A stretch of 20,000 nucleotides of DNA from Chiloscyllium plagiosum. Lineage: Eukaryota. Location: positions 80,378,852 to 80,398,851 of the forward strand of contig NC_057711.1 of the NCBI RefSeq assembly GCF_004010195.1, in the 5' to 3' direction. A model generated the notes under the pieces. It made no database searches. It worked only from the letters and a program-made list of their open reading frames with translations, and was not told the DNA's origin. Shown piece after piece: positions 1 to 9,526 of the stretch (the stretch's first letter is position 1; each line of letters opens with the position of its first letter). Position numbers and translations under genes: made by a program.

Positions 1-120
1 TGGCTCACTGATAATGTTACCTAGTATGGTGATGAAATGTCTGAAAACGAACCTTCCAGCTCAATGAACAAACTTACATACAGAACCTCACCCTGAGCTA
101 CAAATCTTCTCAAAATTCTT
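1..120 (+). mobile_element. Penelope-like element terminal (pLTR) fragment carrying a degenerate hammerhead motif
   Basis: Bases 6-85 align without gaps to 17103-17182 (about 13 mismatches in 80 nt by manual count). That second copy is contiguous with a GIY-YIG C-terminal coding remnant. Confidence 0.8.
5..44 (+). ncRNA. degenerate minimal type I hammerhead ribozyme motif (probably inactive)
   Basis: TCA-CTGATAA-T-GTTACC(TAGTAT)GGTGAT-GAAA-TGTC-TGA. Stem I is TCA/TGA, followed by a stem II hairpin, GAAA and a GUC triplet. The core CUGANGA is mutated to CUGAUAA. Confidence 0.6.
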
Positions 121-204
121 TAGCCTTATCTATTGATTTACTCGTGGATTTATGCTTTCCCTTTAGTCGATCTTCAGATACTCTTGATTCTTTCTGCACT
201 CTTC

Positions 205-700
205 CACTTTGATCTAGGGAGCAGTGTAATTTCCATTTATAAATGGTCCCTAATTACCATGTATTCCTTTTTGCACTCCTATTTGAATGACTTTCTATTC
301 CATGGTTTCACAGACAATTAGCTCTTCCAGACTGTAGCCCTCATTTCAATTGAAACAAGTTGAAAGTACCTCAAGTCTGTTGATTGACTGCAAACATTTA
401 AGCTCTTTCATTAGCTGGATCGCCATACATGCCTCACACATAGTCATTTGCTCCTTTCTTAAACATAAGAACACCCTATCCCAATCAGAATGACCATATT
501 CTAAAATACAGTATCAAGATAACTTCATGACTCTATAACATGCAACCCCCCGCAATGTACCACGATGTCTAAAGCTCAGCCTTCAGTTCATAAACTAAGA
601 GCTAAAGTTCCTTGAGTCAAAAACACTTACTCTAGACATGTTTACTTTGGTTCATATTTATATCCACAAGCTCCCACATTATACAGTTGCAACTCATCAT
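205..700 (-). mobile_element. ancient CR1 LINE ORF1 remnant (Zn-finger, coiled-coil, start of SGNH esterase-like domain)
   Basis: Manual minus-strand translation across stops and frameshifts gives MSCNCIMWELVD..HV*SKCF*LKEL*LLVYELKAEL*T..LQSINRLEVLSTC..MVIRD. This matches the CxxCxMWE / CxKC..ELExEL / NRFxxL / VxGDS layout of vertebrate CR1 ORF1. Confidence 0.65.
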
Positions 701-2842
701 GTACCAATTATATAGGATAATTACTGCTGTTCTAGAGAGAAGAACTTCATTGCATCACAGTATTGCAGTGATTGAACCATATTTCCCTACAAAGCTTCTG
801 TCATATATAAGACTTAATAGAGAGCAAATCAAATGCCATTGCCAGTTTTTTCAGCTGTCTCAGTGTCTACTCTTAACCTCCATGGAGCTCAGTTTAAATC
901 AAAGATAATGGTCTTCTGTTACTGACAACTGGGAATACTATTCAGGCAATGTCAGTTGAAACGACAGTGAACATGTGTCCTTAGTACAAAATTGCTTTGT
1001 CATCTAATTCCTCATTCCAGGCTAAGGAAAGCTCAAACTAAGATTGTTGAATGTGGAAAGAACATATTACATCAGAATGATTGGGAAAGCATTTTTCTAA
1101 AATCACTTTGACATTAAGGAATGTTCTTTTCTCTCCTCAACTCTGGAAAGTCTGTGACATTCTATCACATTTCAAAGGTCAATTTTTCACGTGAATGTGC
1201 TGAGGAAAATGTTTCCATGGTTAAAGAACTATAAAATATTCATTCATCTTCACACTTCCACTGCTCAACTATCCTTCAGTCAACTTACCCTGCTTCCTGC
1301 TTCACTTCAATGATGCAGAGACCATTTGGCTCACAAGGTATTTCATCATGCTTTAGCCTAAATGTATCCTAAAGCCAACCATTCTCATTCCATGTTTATC
1401 CAGTTTCCTTCTGAAGGAATTTGTTCATTTGCTATATATCCCTGAGCTTCAAACATCACATCCAGGCCATTCAGGTCATTAACCTCAACATGTTACTAAC
1501 ACCTGTCCTTACCTTAAGCTCAAAGTCCTGAGTAGCATCTTTGTCATTTACAGTTTTCAAAGTCCTATGCTACATACATTTAAATGTATCCACAATAAGT
1601 TTATCTAGAACGCTGATATAAAAACAGAAAATGGTAGAAATACTCAGTTGATCCAAAGGAAGGTTCCTTGATTCAAGGCATTCAATGCTTGATTAAGAGA
1701 CCTGACATTGCAAAGAGGAGACTCATTGAGAACCAATGAAACCCCTCCTTTTCCCTCATCTAAGATCCCCATGATTCCTTCCTCCAATCCCTTCACCTGT
1801 GGTCCAGGATCGAGTGACAAAATGAGATTTCAGATGGGTGTCATAATGGTGTCACGGTTGCAATGCCATTCAGTAGAACTGTTGACCTCTGATTGATACT
1901 TGTTTCTGAGATGGGCCCAGTGTTGTCCAATTAAGTCAGTAGCACTTTCCCAAAAAGAGAGAACATGGAGCTCTGACTGCCTCTCGAGCCAGTGGGCAAG
2001 ATCCTGTGGCCTCAGCATACATTCCTCATTGTTCTGTTTGGCTTTAAGAGCTGAAGAACAACATGAGATATTGGGGAGCTGCCAGAATCCACAAAATTGC
2101 CCCTTTATGAATTAGTTTCTTCTGGAGAGAACAAGGACAACAAATGAGGGAGAAGAAGTCTGTTCATTTTATATCTGTTGTAAAATGAAGTCAATTGTGG
2201 TAATATTTCAGACTATACATCATTATAATAATTAGGTCTGCAAGTATGATGTGACTTCTAAAGTCATTACATGAATGTCTTCTGAGAAAAGACAATATAT
2301 AAAATGTATTTTGCTGCTTCAAACTCTCTATGATCATATTTAGAAATATGTCTTAATTCTAAAGGATTAACAAACATGGAAAGGAAGTTCAGTAATTGTA
2401 AGCAGGACAGCAGACTCAGAACCAAACATACCCATATCGAGGGAAGGTTACAACCACCACCTGGACAAACACTCCATACAGTTGTCACTGCAGCAGCTGT
2501 TGAAACATATTGCCCAGTGTGGTATTAAATGATTGGTTTTGGATTTTATTCAAAGCAGAAACCAAGTAAGTTTGGAAACCTTCTGGCTCAGCTTAAAATT
2601 TGACATGTCAAAAAGGAGTATTCATTTTAGAAAGTTTGAACCATATGTTTGAGAAATGAAAGTGGATGAGTATATTTTCAAAGAAAACATGTTCACTGTC
2701 AACAAACCGAAAATAAAGGCATACTTGTACACAATTAGTTAATTCTAATTGTATATACATTATGACATATTACCTTTTGACTCCAGTGTAGTGGATAGTA
2801 CAAATAGTTAGGAATTCTTAGTTCATTTTAAACCTCAGAATG

Positions 2843-3000
2843 ATACAAAAGCAAAATGCTGAGGATATGGAAGAACTGGAATTAAAAATGGAAATTGCTG
2901 GAGATACTCAGCAGTGCACACAGCATCTGTGGAGAGATCAGAGCAGAATAATTCAGTTACAGTTTGCAAGATGTTTTTCTGGGATGTGCTCAGCATTTCA
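2843..3000. repeat. degenerate dispersed repeat, probably a PLE-associated terminal sequence
   Basis: AAAAATGGAAATTGCTGGAGATACTCAGCAG..CAGCATCTGTGGAGAGA resembles a common shark repeat. A shorter related piece (AAAACAGAAAATGGTAGAAATACTCAG) lies at 1621-1647. Confidence 0.4.
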
Positions 3001-3500
3001 TTATATGAAATCATGAAGTTTTGAGTGCCGAATATCTAAATTTAATCATGTTTTTGATAAGATCAGAAAATCACATATTTCATAACAATTAAAATGTAAT
3101 TATCACCACAAAAATATTAAAATCGAACTGAAAACATTCATGTTTCTTCATTTTAATACATTTCTGTATTGATTGCCCTATTTTACATTGACATAAATTT
3201 TTTAAACAGGATTTCACATTTTACAAGTGTGTACTGTTACATTTTATCATTGCTATTAACATTTGTTGAAATATTGAAGGCCAGCATCTTTGTTAATTAT
3301 TGAATTGCATGCTTTAATTTTATTAATGTCACAAGCAGGTTCTGGGAGACTTAGCTAAAGACTGCTCACCGTATCAAATGTATATGAATATTGCTGATAT
3401 TTACAACAAGTACAGCAGCATGGTAGAGCTGGACTTCTCAAGAACTACCTTCACTTACTTCCCAGGTCGATGTGATCTGACATTATTTGACATCATTGAT

Positions 3501-3662
3501 GATGTTGTCTGGCTGTTAGTATCTATCTATTTGTGCCATGTCAGTCGCCTGAGGCGGGAATCGAACCCGGGTCTCTGGCGCTGCGAGGCAGCAGTGCTAA
3601 CCACTGTGCCACCGTGCCGCCCAGATGTTGTCTGGCTGTTAGTATCTATCTATTTGTGCCAT
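3501..3662 (+). repeat. perfect 39-bp direct repeat (3501-3539 and 3624-3662) flanking the SINE head
   Basis: GATGTTGTCTGGCTGTTAGTATCTATCTATTTGTGCCAT occurs on both sides of the insert. It shows up as the doubled peptide DVVWLLVSIYLCH in ORF 3378..3755. Confidence 0.97.
3540..3623 (-). mobile_element. tRNA-derived head of an HE1/V-SINE only (84 bp, no body or tail)
   Basis: The reverse complement contains a Pol III A box (TGGCACAGTGG) and B box (GGTTCGATTCC). It matches 18875-18947 of the near-full-length SINE apart from two substitutions and an 11-bp deletion in that copy. Confidence 0.9.
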
Positions 3663-4123
3663 CCTACACCTTGTTGCTCTGCCCATAATTTATTTACAAC
3701 ATTAATTATTTACATTATCCTTACATTCCTTCCCATACCTCAACAAATTGATTGAGGCTATTCCTGAATTACAGAGATAGGCTCTGCAGTGGTTTGACAC
3801 TTTTGAAGAAAATCTATGCTCAGTATTTCCCAAAAACAAAGCATGTGTTTAGAAAGCCTTTTGGTGGTTGAGGCTGTCAGCCACTGTGCTTGCAGTGTTT
3901 TTTCAGCAGATATGCCTTTCAATGCTAAGTGAGAGACTGTCAACATTTGTGGCTTGCTTTGCTTTTTCAGTGCATTGGAGGAGGCAGACAACTTGTCATG
4001 ATTGGGAGCACTGAACAATCAAAGGAGTTAGCACGTCTTTGTTCAACACTGTGAGACATGATTTTCCTCTTCATAGCTTGTGCCATCGGCAAATACACTG
4101 TATGTGCTTATAAAAAAGGACCA

Positions 4124-4285
4124 TGCCTGAAAGTTAAAGGGGACCTGTCTTTAGTGGGATCCAATGTACAGTAGCTAGATGGGTGAGTGTGCCACACAAC
4201 ATTAAAAGGCTTGTCTAATTCCAGTACTGGGATTTGGCCAAGGGCAATCAGGAACTTGTCGGGGATCTCTGTCCTTGCAGTACTG
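4124..4285 (+). mobile_element. possible highly decayed PIF/Harbinger transposase N-terminal fragment
   Basis: One frame reads CLKVKGDLSLVGSNVQ*LDG*VCHTTLKGLSNSSTGIWPRAIRNLSGISVLAV. The L..L.....G..........GIS spacing matches the Harbinger HTH motif (VLAALxFYxxGSFQxxxGDxxGISQ), but identity is low. Confidence 0.35.
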
Positions 4286-5744
4286 TAGGTCAAGTACAAC
4301 CAGTCCAGGGATTACAGGTACCTCACTTGGGTGCTGTCGTAGCTTCAGACCAGGAGCTGCACCATGGTCAGTCAGGTGTGTCCAGCCAAGTCCATGCAGG
4401 GGGTGGGCCACAGTCAGTCCTCAGACTTCAGACATCGGGGAGGGTTTATCTAGGGACAATCTATGGCTCAGGAAAAGCATGAAGCTCGTGTTTGAGAATG
4501 GAGTTCATTGGACTGGGTCACAGAGGAAATGATTACAGCAAAAGATGACAATTGAAAATAGAAGGGATCTCATTGAGCATAGGAGGGACAGACAGCTCCA
4601 TGAAAAGGGACATATAATAGATACGTAAAGGGGCAGCACAGAAATGTGGGAAGGCTAAGAGGCAATAAGGGCCAGAGGGACAGCAACACAAAAATAAACA
4701 TGAAGGTTGGGAGACCATCATGTGTCTCAGTTGGAGTCTGCAAGTCACTCCCAGGAACGTGAAGTTAAAACCTTGTATCTTCAATTCAAAGTTAATTACA
4801 CATTAACAATATAAAATAGTTGTCGACACATATAGAGTGAATTGAGTAAGTTGCTGTTTTTCTCTTTTAGGATGGAACATAACTTTTTGAATTTGAAGGT
4901 CTATTAGGGGCAATTGCATAAATCATGCATCCATTGATTCATTAATGTTATATACTTGGCATCCAATTACAATTCAGGTCATTCTTCCTGTAAGAATAAG
5001 TATTAAAAGTTAGAGTCTCGAGCAGTCATGATCATTACATTGTTTGCACTAATTGCTTCCATGTTATATCAGATATACAAATTTAATCAGAAGTTAACTT
5101 GGAAGTCTCACCTGGTTTTCCATTTCTGGATCACATTTCATACCTGATACTCGAAGGCAATCTTTCGGAACTGTCAAATTCCCAGACTCAACTGTATGCA
5201 TGTAAATGCATGGTACCTGAAGTACAAGTACAGCCTTTTTTGGGAGGCGATGCTTTGATGGTGGATTAATGCCAGAATTTCACTCCCCAGTGGCTCATGA
5301 ATATTTTGGTTCTGGATATATCTGGATATGTTTACAGACTTCAGAGCTACTTATCAAGGCAGAACATTGAAGACCTTGTGAAGCTTTCTTGGCACACTGT
5401 ACCATTGTATAATTCAATACTTCATTATGATTGATGTGAGGGCTCTGGAGTGTCATCATTGAAGCAATGTTCTCTTTCTGACATTCCTTGCAGATTATTG
5501 GCTCATGCATCTGGTATCAAAATTGCAGTTGCTGGATCCCTGGTTACTTGGTTCACAGGTTAAGATAGTACAGAAGGAGAGACCAGTTACAAATTAGTGA
5601 TCAACTCCAGCAAGGACAGCAACCTCCAATGAGTACTTTTCATCCTTCAAAGGGAGGAGTGGCAATTGAAGACCCACTGAGGAAGCAGAGGAAAATAAAG
5701 TTGCATTTAGCAGCCTTACTGTAAATTTCAACAGCTCTAGGAAA

Positions 5745-6100
5745 TCCAGTGCAGCTACAAAATAAGGTTGTCCTGGGCAGCTTTACTGTGTCATTCTGCT
5801 AGAGCAAGTCTTGCACTCGGAATGAATAGGTGGTTATGCCAACCCAATGGCTGTCGAAGTTCCAGCTGTCTTCCATTTTTATGCCAGTAGTCTATTTCAA
5901 GAAGCAAGTGGCAATCTGTGCAGCATTTCTCAATGTGTGACACACAAAGGGTTCTGTCATGTCTCTGATGCCACGTTACACCCATTTCTATCTGTCCCCT
6001 GTGACAAGGACTTCAGACATTCTAGGCAGTGGGACTCTACACCATAACTGCCTTTCCCTCTGTGCAGACTGCAATGGGCTGCATCCACATTTTACTGTTC
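5745..6100 (+). mobile_element. PIF/Harbinger (HARBI1-like) DDE transposase pseudogene fragment
   Basis: PMAVEVPAVFHFYASSLFQEASGNLCSISQCVTHKGFCHVSDA matches PVAVKVTAALxFYASGSFQxxxGDLCGISQxxxHxCIxxVTDA. After a frameshift, AVGLYTITAFPSVQTAMGCIHI matches AxGFxxIAGFPxVxGAIDCTHV, with the first catalytic Asp lost. Confidence 0.75.
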
Positions 6101-6427
6101 GTGATGTGATCATCAGTTGTGAAGTAACATTGTCATAAGTGAAACCTTTGGTTAACTGTTCACAAATTAATATTGAGCTTCAAAATATAGCCAAGGAAGT
6201 CCCTGTGTAATCTAATTTGTCTATGAATGTGCTCTGTGTCAAAAAACCCAAATAAAATTAAAATGACCCAGTCAAGAAAAGAAAAAAAGTCTTTATTTTA
6301 CAATTTGTTTGCAGCTTAAAATGACCTGAATTTGTAGAGTAAAAGGCATTGAGAAACTCAGATAACTTTTCTGCTTATTGTGTCATCTTTGATCAAATCT
6401 GTCATGTTGTAAATGCAGTGAAATAAT

Positions 6428-6980
6428 TGATTTGGTTTATTATAATCATATGTACCAAAATACAGTGAAAAGTATTGTTTTGCCTGCTATCCATGGGCTA
6501 TCTACATAAGTACATCAGGGTAATAGAGCAAAATGCAGAATGTGGTGTTACAGCTAGAGAAGCTGCAGAGAAAGATCAACTCTAATATGAGAGGTCCATT
6601 CATAGATATGATAACAGAGGGGCAAAGCTCTTCCTGAATCTATTGGTGTGTGTTTTCAAACTTTTGTATCTTCTGCCCAATGGAAGAGGGTGGAAGAGAA
6701 TATAACTAAGGTGGGAGAGGTCTTTGATTATGTTGGCTGCTTTCCCAAGGCAGTGGGAATTATACAGGAAGTCATTGGAAGGAAGACTAGTTTCCATAGT
6801 GGACCGGTCTGCATTCACAACTCTCTGCAATTTCTTGCAGTCTTAGACAGAGCAGTTGCCATACCAAGCTGTGATGCACCCAGATAGGATAGTTTCTATG
6901 GTGTATCAATAAAAATTGGTAAGATTCATTGTGGATATGCCAAATTTCCTAAGCCTTCTGCAGAAGTAAAGGTGTTGGTA
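6428..6980 (-). mobile_element. Rex1/Babar-type LINE, 5'-truncated 3' end
   Basis: ORF 6600..6830 reads QRVVN..SLPS..YNSHCLGKAANIIKDLSH..LFHPLPLGRRYKSLKTHTNRFRKSF, typical of the Rex/Babar RT C-terminus. QHLYFCRRL lies upstream, and the 3' tail reads ACTTTTCACTGTA..AATAAACCAAATCAA. Confidence 0.85.
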
Positions 6981-7162
6981 TGTGTGTTTTGTGCTGCTCC
7001 GTGGAATCCTGAAGCATCTCTATGTCCTCTGTGGCTTTAGCTAGAGAAATAGGTGAGTGAATGAATGGGCATTAAACAGATTGTTCAGGATCATCAAGGT
7101 AATGATCTTTCTTTTCTTCTGTTGATTAATTTTGTCCATACCACAAAAATGCCGGATCTAAG

Positions 7163-7515
7163 CTTTTTTTATTTGTTGATTGGATGTGTGTATCACTAGC
7201 TAGGCCAGCATTGATTGTCCATATTTAAATGCCCAGAGGCCAGTTAAGAGTCAATTACATTGCCGTGGGCCTGAGGACACATGTTGGCACACCAAGCAAT
7301 AATGGTAAATTTTCTTCCATAAAAGCTATTGAAGAATCATATGAGCTTTTATGACAATCAACGATGGTTACCATTAGGCTAGATTTATATTCCAGATTTT
7401 TTATTAAATTCAAATTTCACTATCTGCCACGGTGGGACTCAAACCCATGTCCTCAGAAAAATTATCCTGGGGTCCTGTAGTACTACTTAAGTAACATTAC
7501 CACAGAACCATCACC
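7163..7515 (-). mobile_element. tRNA-derived SINE (SacSINE1/Deu-SINE-like), diverged
   Basis: Antisense homolog of 13157-13511, with a B-box-like GGGTTTGAGTCCCACCGTGGCAGA, a central conserved block, and an A-rich tail shared with the LINE ends at 9228, 7985 and 15585. Confidence 0.7.
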
Positions 7516-7984
7516 TTGTACTATATGAACAATGCTTTCACATTTGCAAAGTCATGTAGATTCATGGAATTTCCTGATCATGAGGTGGCAATGTTTTTGG
7601 TGCCTTCCTTCTTGGAGAGTCCAATGGGAGGATCCTTTATTTGTAGTTAACTGAAGAGGTTAGGAAAAGCATTGAACATTTTTTACATAGTGTATAACTG
7701 CACAAAGCTGAATGATAATTATATGATTGTTCAGAATATGAAGAACAATAGGGAATAACTAAGAGGTTAATCACAAGGAAGAAATTGAAGTATGAAAGGA
7801 AGCCTGAAAATGGATAGCAAGATAACAGGTACTCAAAAAATTATAGAGTTCATAAAGTGAGCGTTAATGCCATAAACAGTGAGAATGAGTGTTTGTAATA
7901 TACAATGGTCAATGAAATAAAGAACTATTTTGCTTCTGTCTTCAGTTCAGAGGAACAAAAATCATTCTCCCCAGAGATGAAATT

Positions 7985-8340
7985 CCTTTTAATCTCTTGT
8001 GGGATATGGGCATCACTAGCTGGGCAGCATTTCTTGCCTGTCCATAGTTGCCCTTTACCAGGTGACCATGATCTGCCTTCTTGAACCACTGCAGTCCAGG
8101 TGCTGTAGGTTGGACATTTTATTTTCCTTTTGTGTCTGTTTCTTTAATTTGTGCACTTGTGTTTAATTCTAAGATGGCGCCGGAAAGTGGCGACTCTATA
8201 CACTTTTCACTGTACCCCGTTCTCTTGAATTTGGGTGCATGTGACAATAAAATCAAATCTAACCTAATCTAATAATGCCATTAGGGAGGGAATTCCAGGA
8301 TTTTGACCCAATGACATTGAAGGATCGGTTATATATTTCA
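7985..8340 (-). mobile_element. 3' end of a CR1/L2-group LINE nested in the CR1 and split by a further insertion
   Basis: Homologous to 9228-9526 and 15585-15905 (GGGAGGGAATTCCAGGATTTTGACCCA, i.e. SKSWNSLP on the minus strand; CTTCTTGAACCACTGCAGTCCA). Confidence 0.75.
8111..8272 (+). mobile_element. short retroposon 3' tail (Rex/Babar-like)
   Basis: Ends CACTTTTCACTGTAC..CATGTGACAATAAAATCAAATCTAACCTAATCT, similar to the reverse-complemented tail at 6428-6475. It interrupts otherwise colinear LINE sequence. Confidence 0.6.
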
Positions 8341-9227
8341 GAAATGGAAGGGGGAGAGGAACTTAAAAATTTTAAAATCACCAGTGAAGTGATATTAAGT
8401 AAATTACTGAAACTGTGGGCTGACAGTCTCTGGGTCTAGATTAACTTCATGTATTGTCTTTACAGAAGTGGCTAATGAGCTAGTGAATACTTTGGTGTTA
8501 ATTTTCCAAAATTCTGTCAATTCTGGAAAGGTTCTATCAGACTAGAAAATAGCAAATGACCTTTCTATTCAAGAAGGGAAAGTGGATGAAAATGGGAAAC
8601 TATAACCCAGTTATCTTGACCTCTAGTATTGGGAATTTATCAGAATTGAATTAAAGAGATTTTAGCTGTGCACTTAGAAAAATCCAAGAGTCAGCGAGGT
8701 TTGGTGAAAGGAAAATCACATTTTTCATGACTAATGGGAATTTTTTGAAGGAGTACTGTACTCTGTAGATAAAGGGTAGCCTGTAGATGTACTATACTTG
8801 GACTCCCAGAAAGTATTTGATAATGTGATAATGTGCATACTAAAGTTTACCATGGAAAGTAAAAACTCATGAATCATGTTGTAGTATATTTGGATGGATA
8901 GAAGATTGCATGACAGACAGTAAAGAGAAAGCATGCATCTATGGGAAATTGTTTTATTGGCAAGATGTGACCATTAGAGTTCTACAGGTTTCTGAGCTGA
9001 GTGTCAACTCTTTACAATTTAGACCAATGACTTAGATTTAGAGGATGAAGGCATGGTAGCTAAATTTGCAAATGACATCAAGATAGATAGGAAAGTATGT
9101 TGTGAAAGAGGTTTGCAAATAGATAGTTGTGTGTGAGGACAAAATTTAACTTAAAGATATGCGTGATATTTAGTTTCAGTGAGCTAAATTTCAAGCAGTG
9201 TATACAACAGATGACATTGCATTATTT

Positions 9228-9526
9228 AAGGCTGCTTTGACAACACCTTCCAAAATAGCAACTTGAACCTTCTAGAAGGACAAGGGCAACAGACACATAA
9301 GAACACTATCATTTGAAAGTTCCCTTCCATGCAGCACACCATCTTGACTTGTAACTATGTTGCCATTCTTTCACTGTTGCTGAGTCAAAATCCTGGAAGT
9401 CCCTTCCTAACAGCATTGTGGGTAAGCTATCGCAGATTAAAAGGTGTTTTGTAGCCACCTTCATAGGGGCAATTAGAGATAAGCAGTTACAGTGACTTGC
9501 ACATCCCATGACAGAATATGAAAAAA
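9228..9526 (+). mobile_element. 3' end of a CR1/L2-group LINE
   Basis: Encodes SFTVAESKSWKSLPNSIVG (WNSLP-type C-terminal motif), followed by the tail GGGCAATTAGAGAT..CACATCCCATGA..AAAAAA. Confidence 0.75.

Larger units (their letters stand above)
7735..9150 (+). mobile_element. ancient CR1 LINE ORF2 (pre-RT and RT) remnant, interrupted at about 7985-8340
   Basis: Decayed motifs NYFASVFS, IFQNSVNSGKV, LFKKG..GNYNPVILTS, VDVLYLDSQKVFD and AKFANDIKI (for KFADDTK), with many stops and frameshifts. Confidence 0.85.

Noticed and set aside
3540..3623. bona fide tRNA gene
   Set aside because: It matches the head of the HE1 SINE at 18875-18947 and has no oligo-T terminator after its 3' end.
3501..3662. 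CRISPR-like repeat-spacer-repeat
   Set aside because: There are only two repeats, the spacer is a SINE head, the context is vertebrate, and no cas genes are present.
3378..3755. 125-aa ORF with an internal repeated peptide
   Set aside because: It is created by the frame-preserving SINE head plus 39-bp duplication. The upstream part has no recognisable homology and only weak splice signals.
5112..5216. 105-nt minus-strand exon candidate (VPCIYMHTVESG..EMENQ) with AG and GTGAGA ends
   Set aside because: The pyrimidine tract is weak, the peptide is unrecognisable, no partner exons are visible, and it lies among transposon relics.
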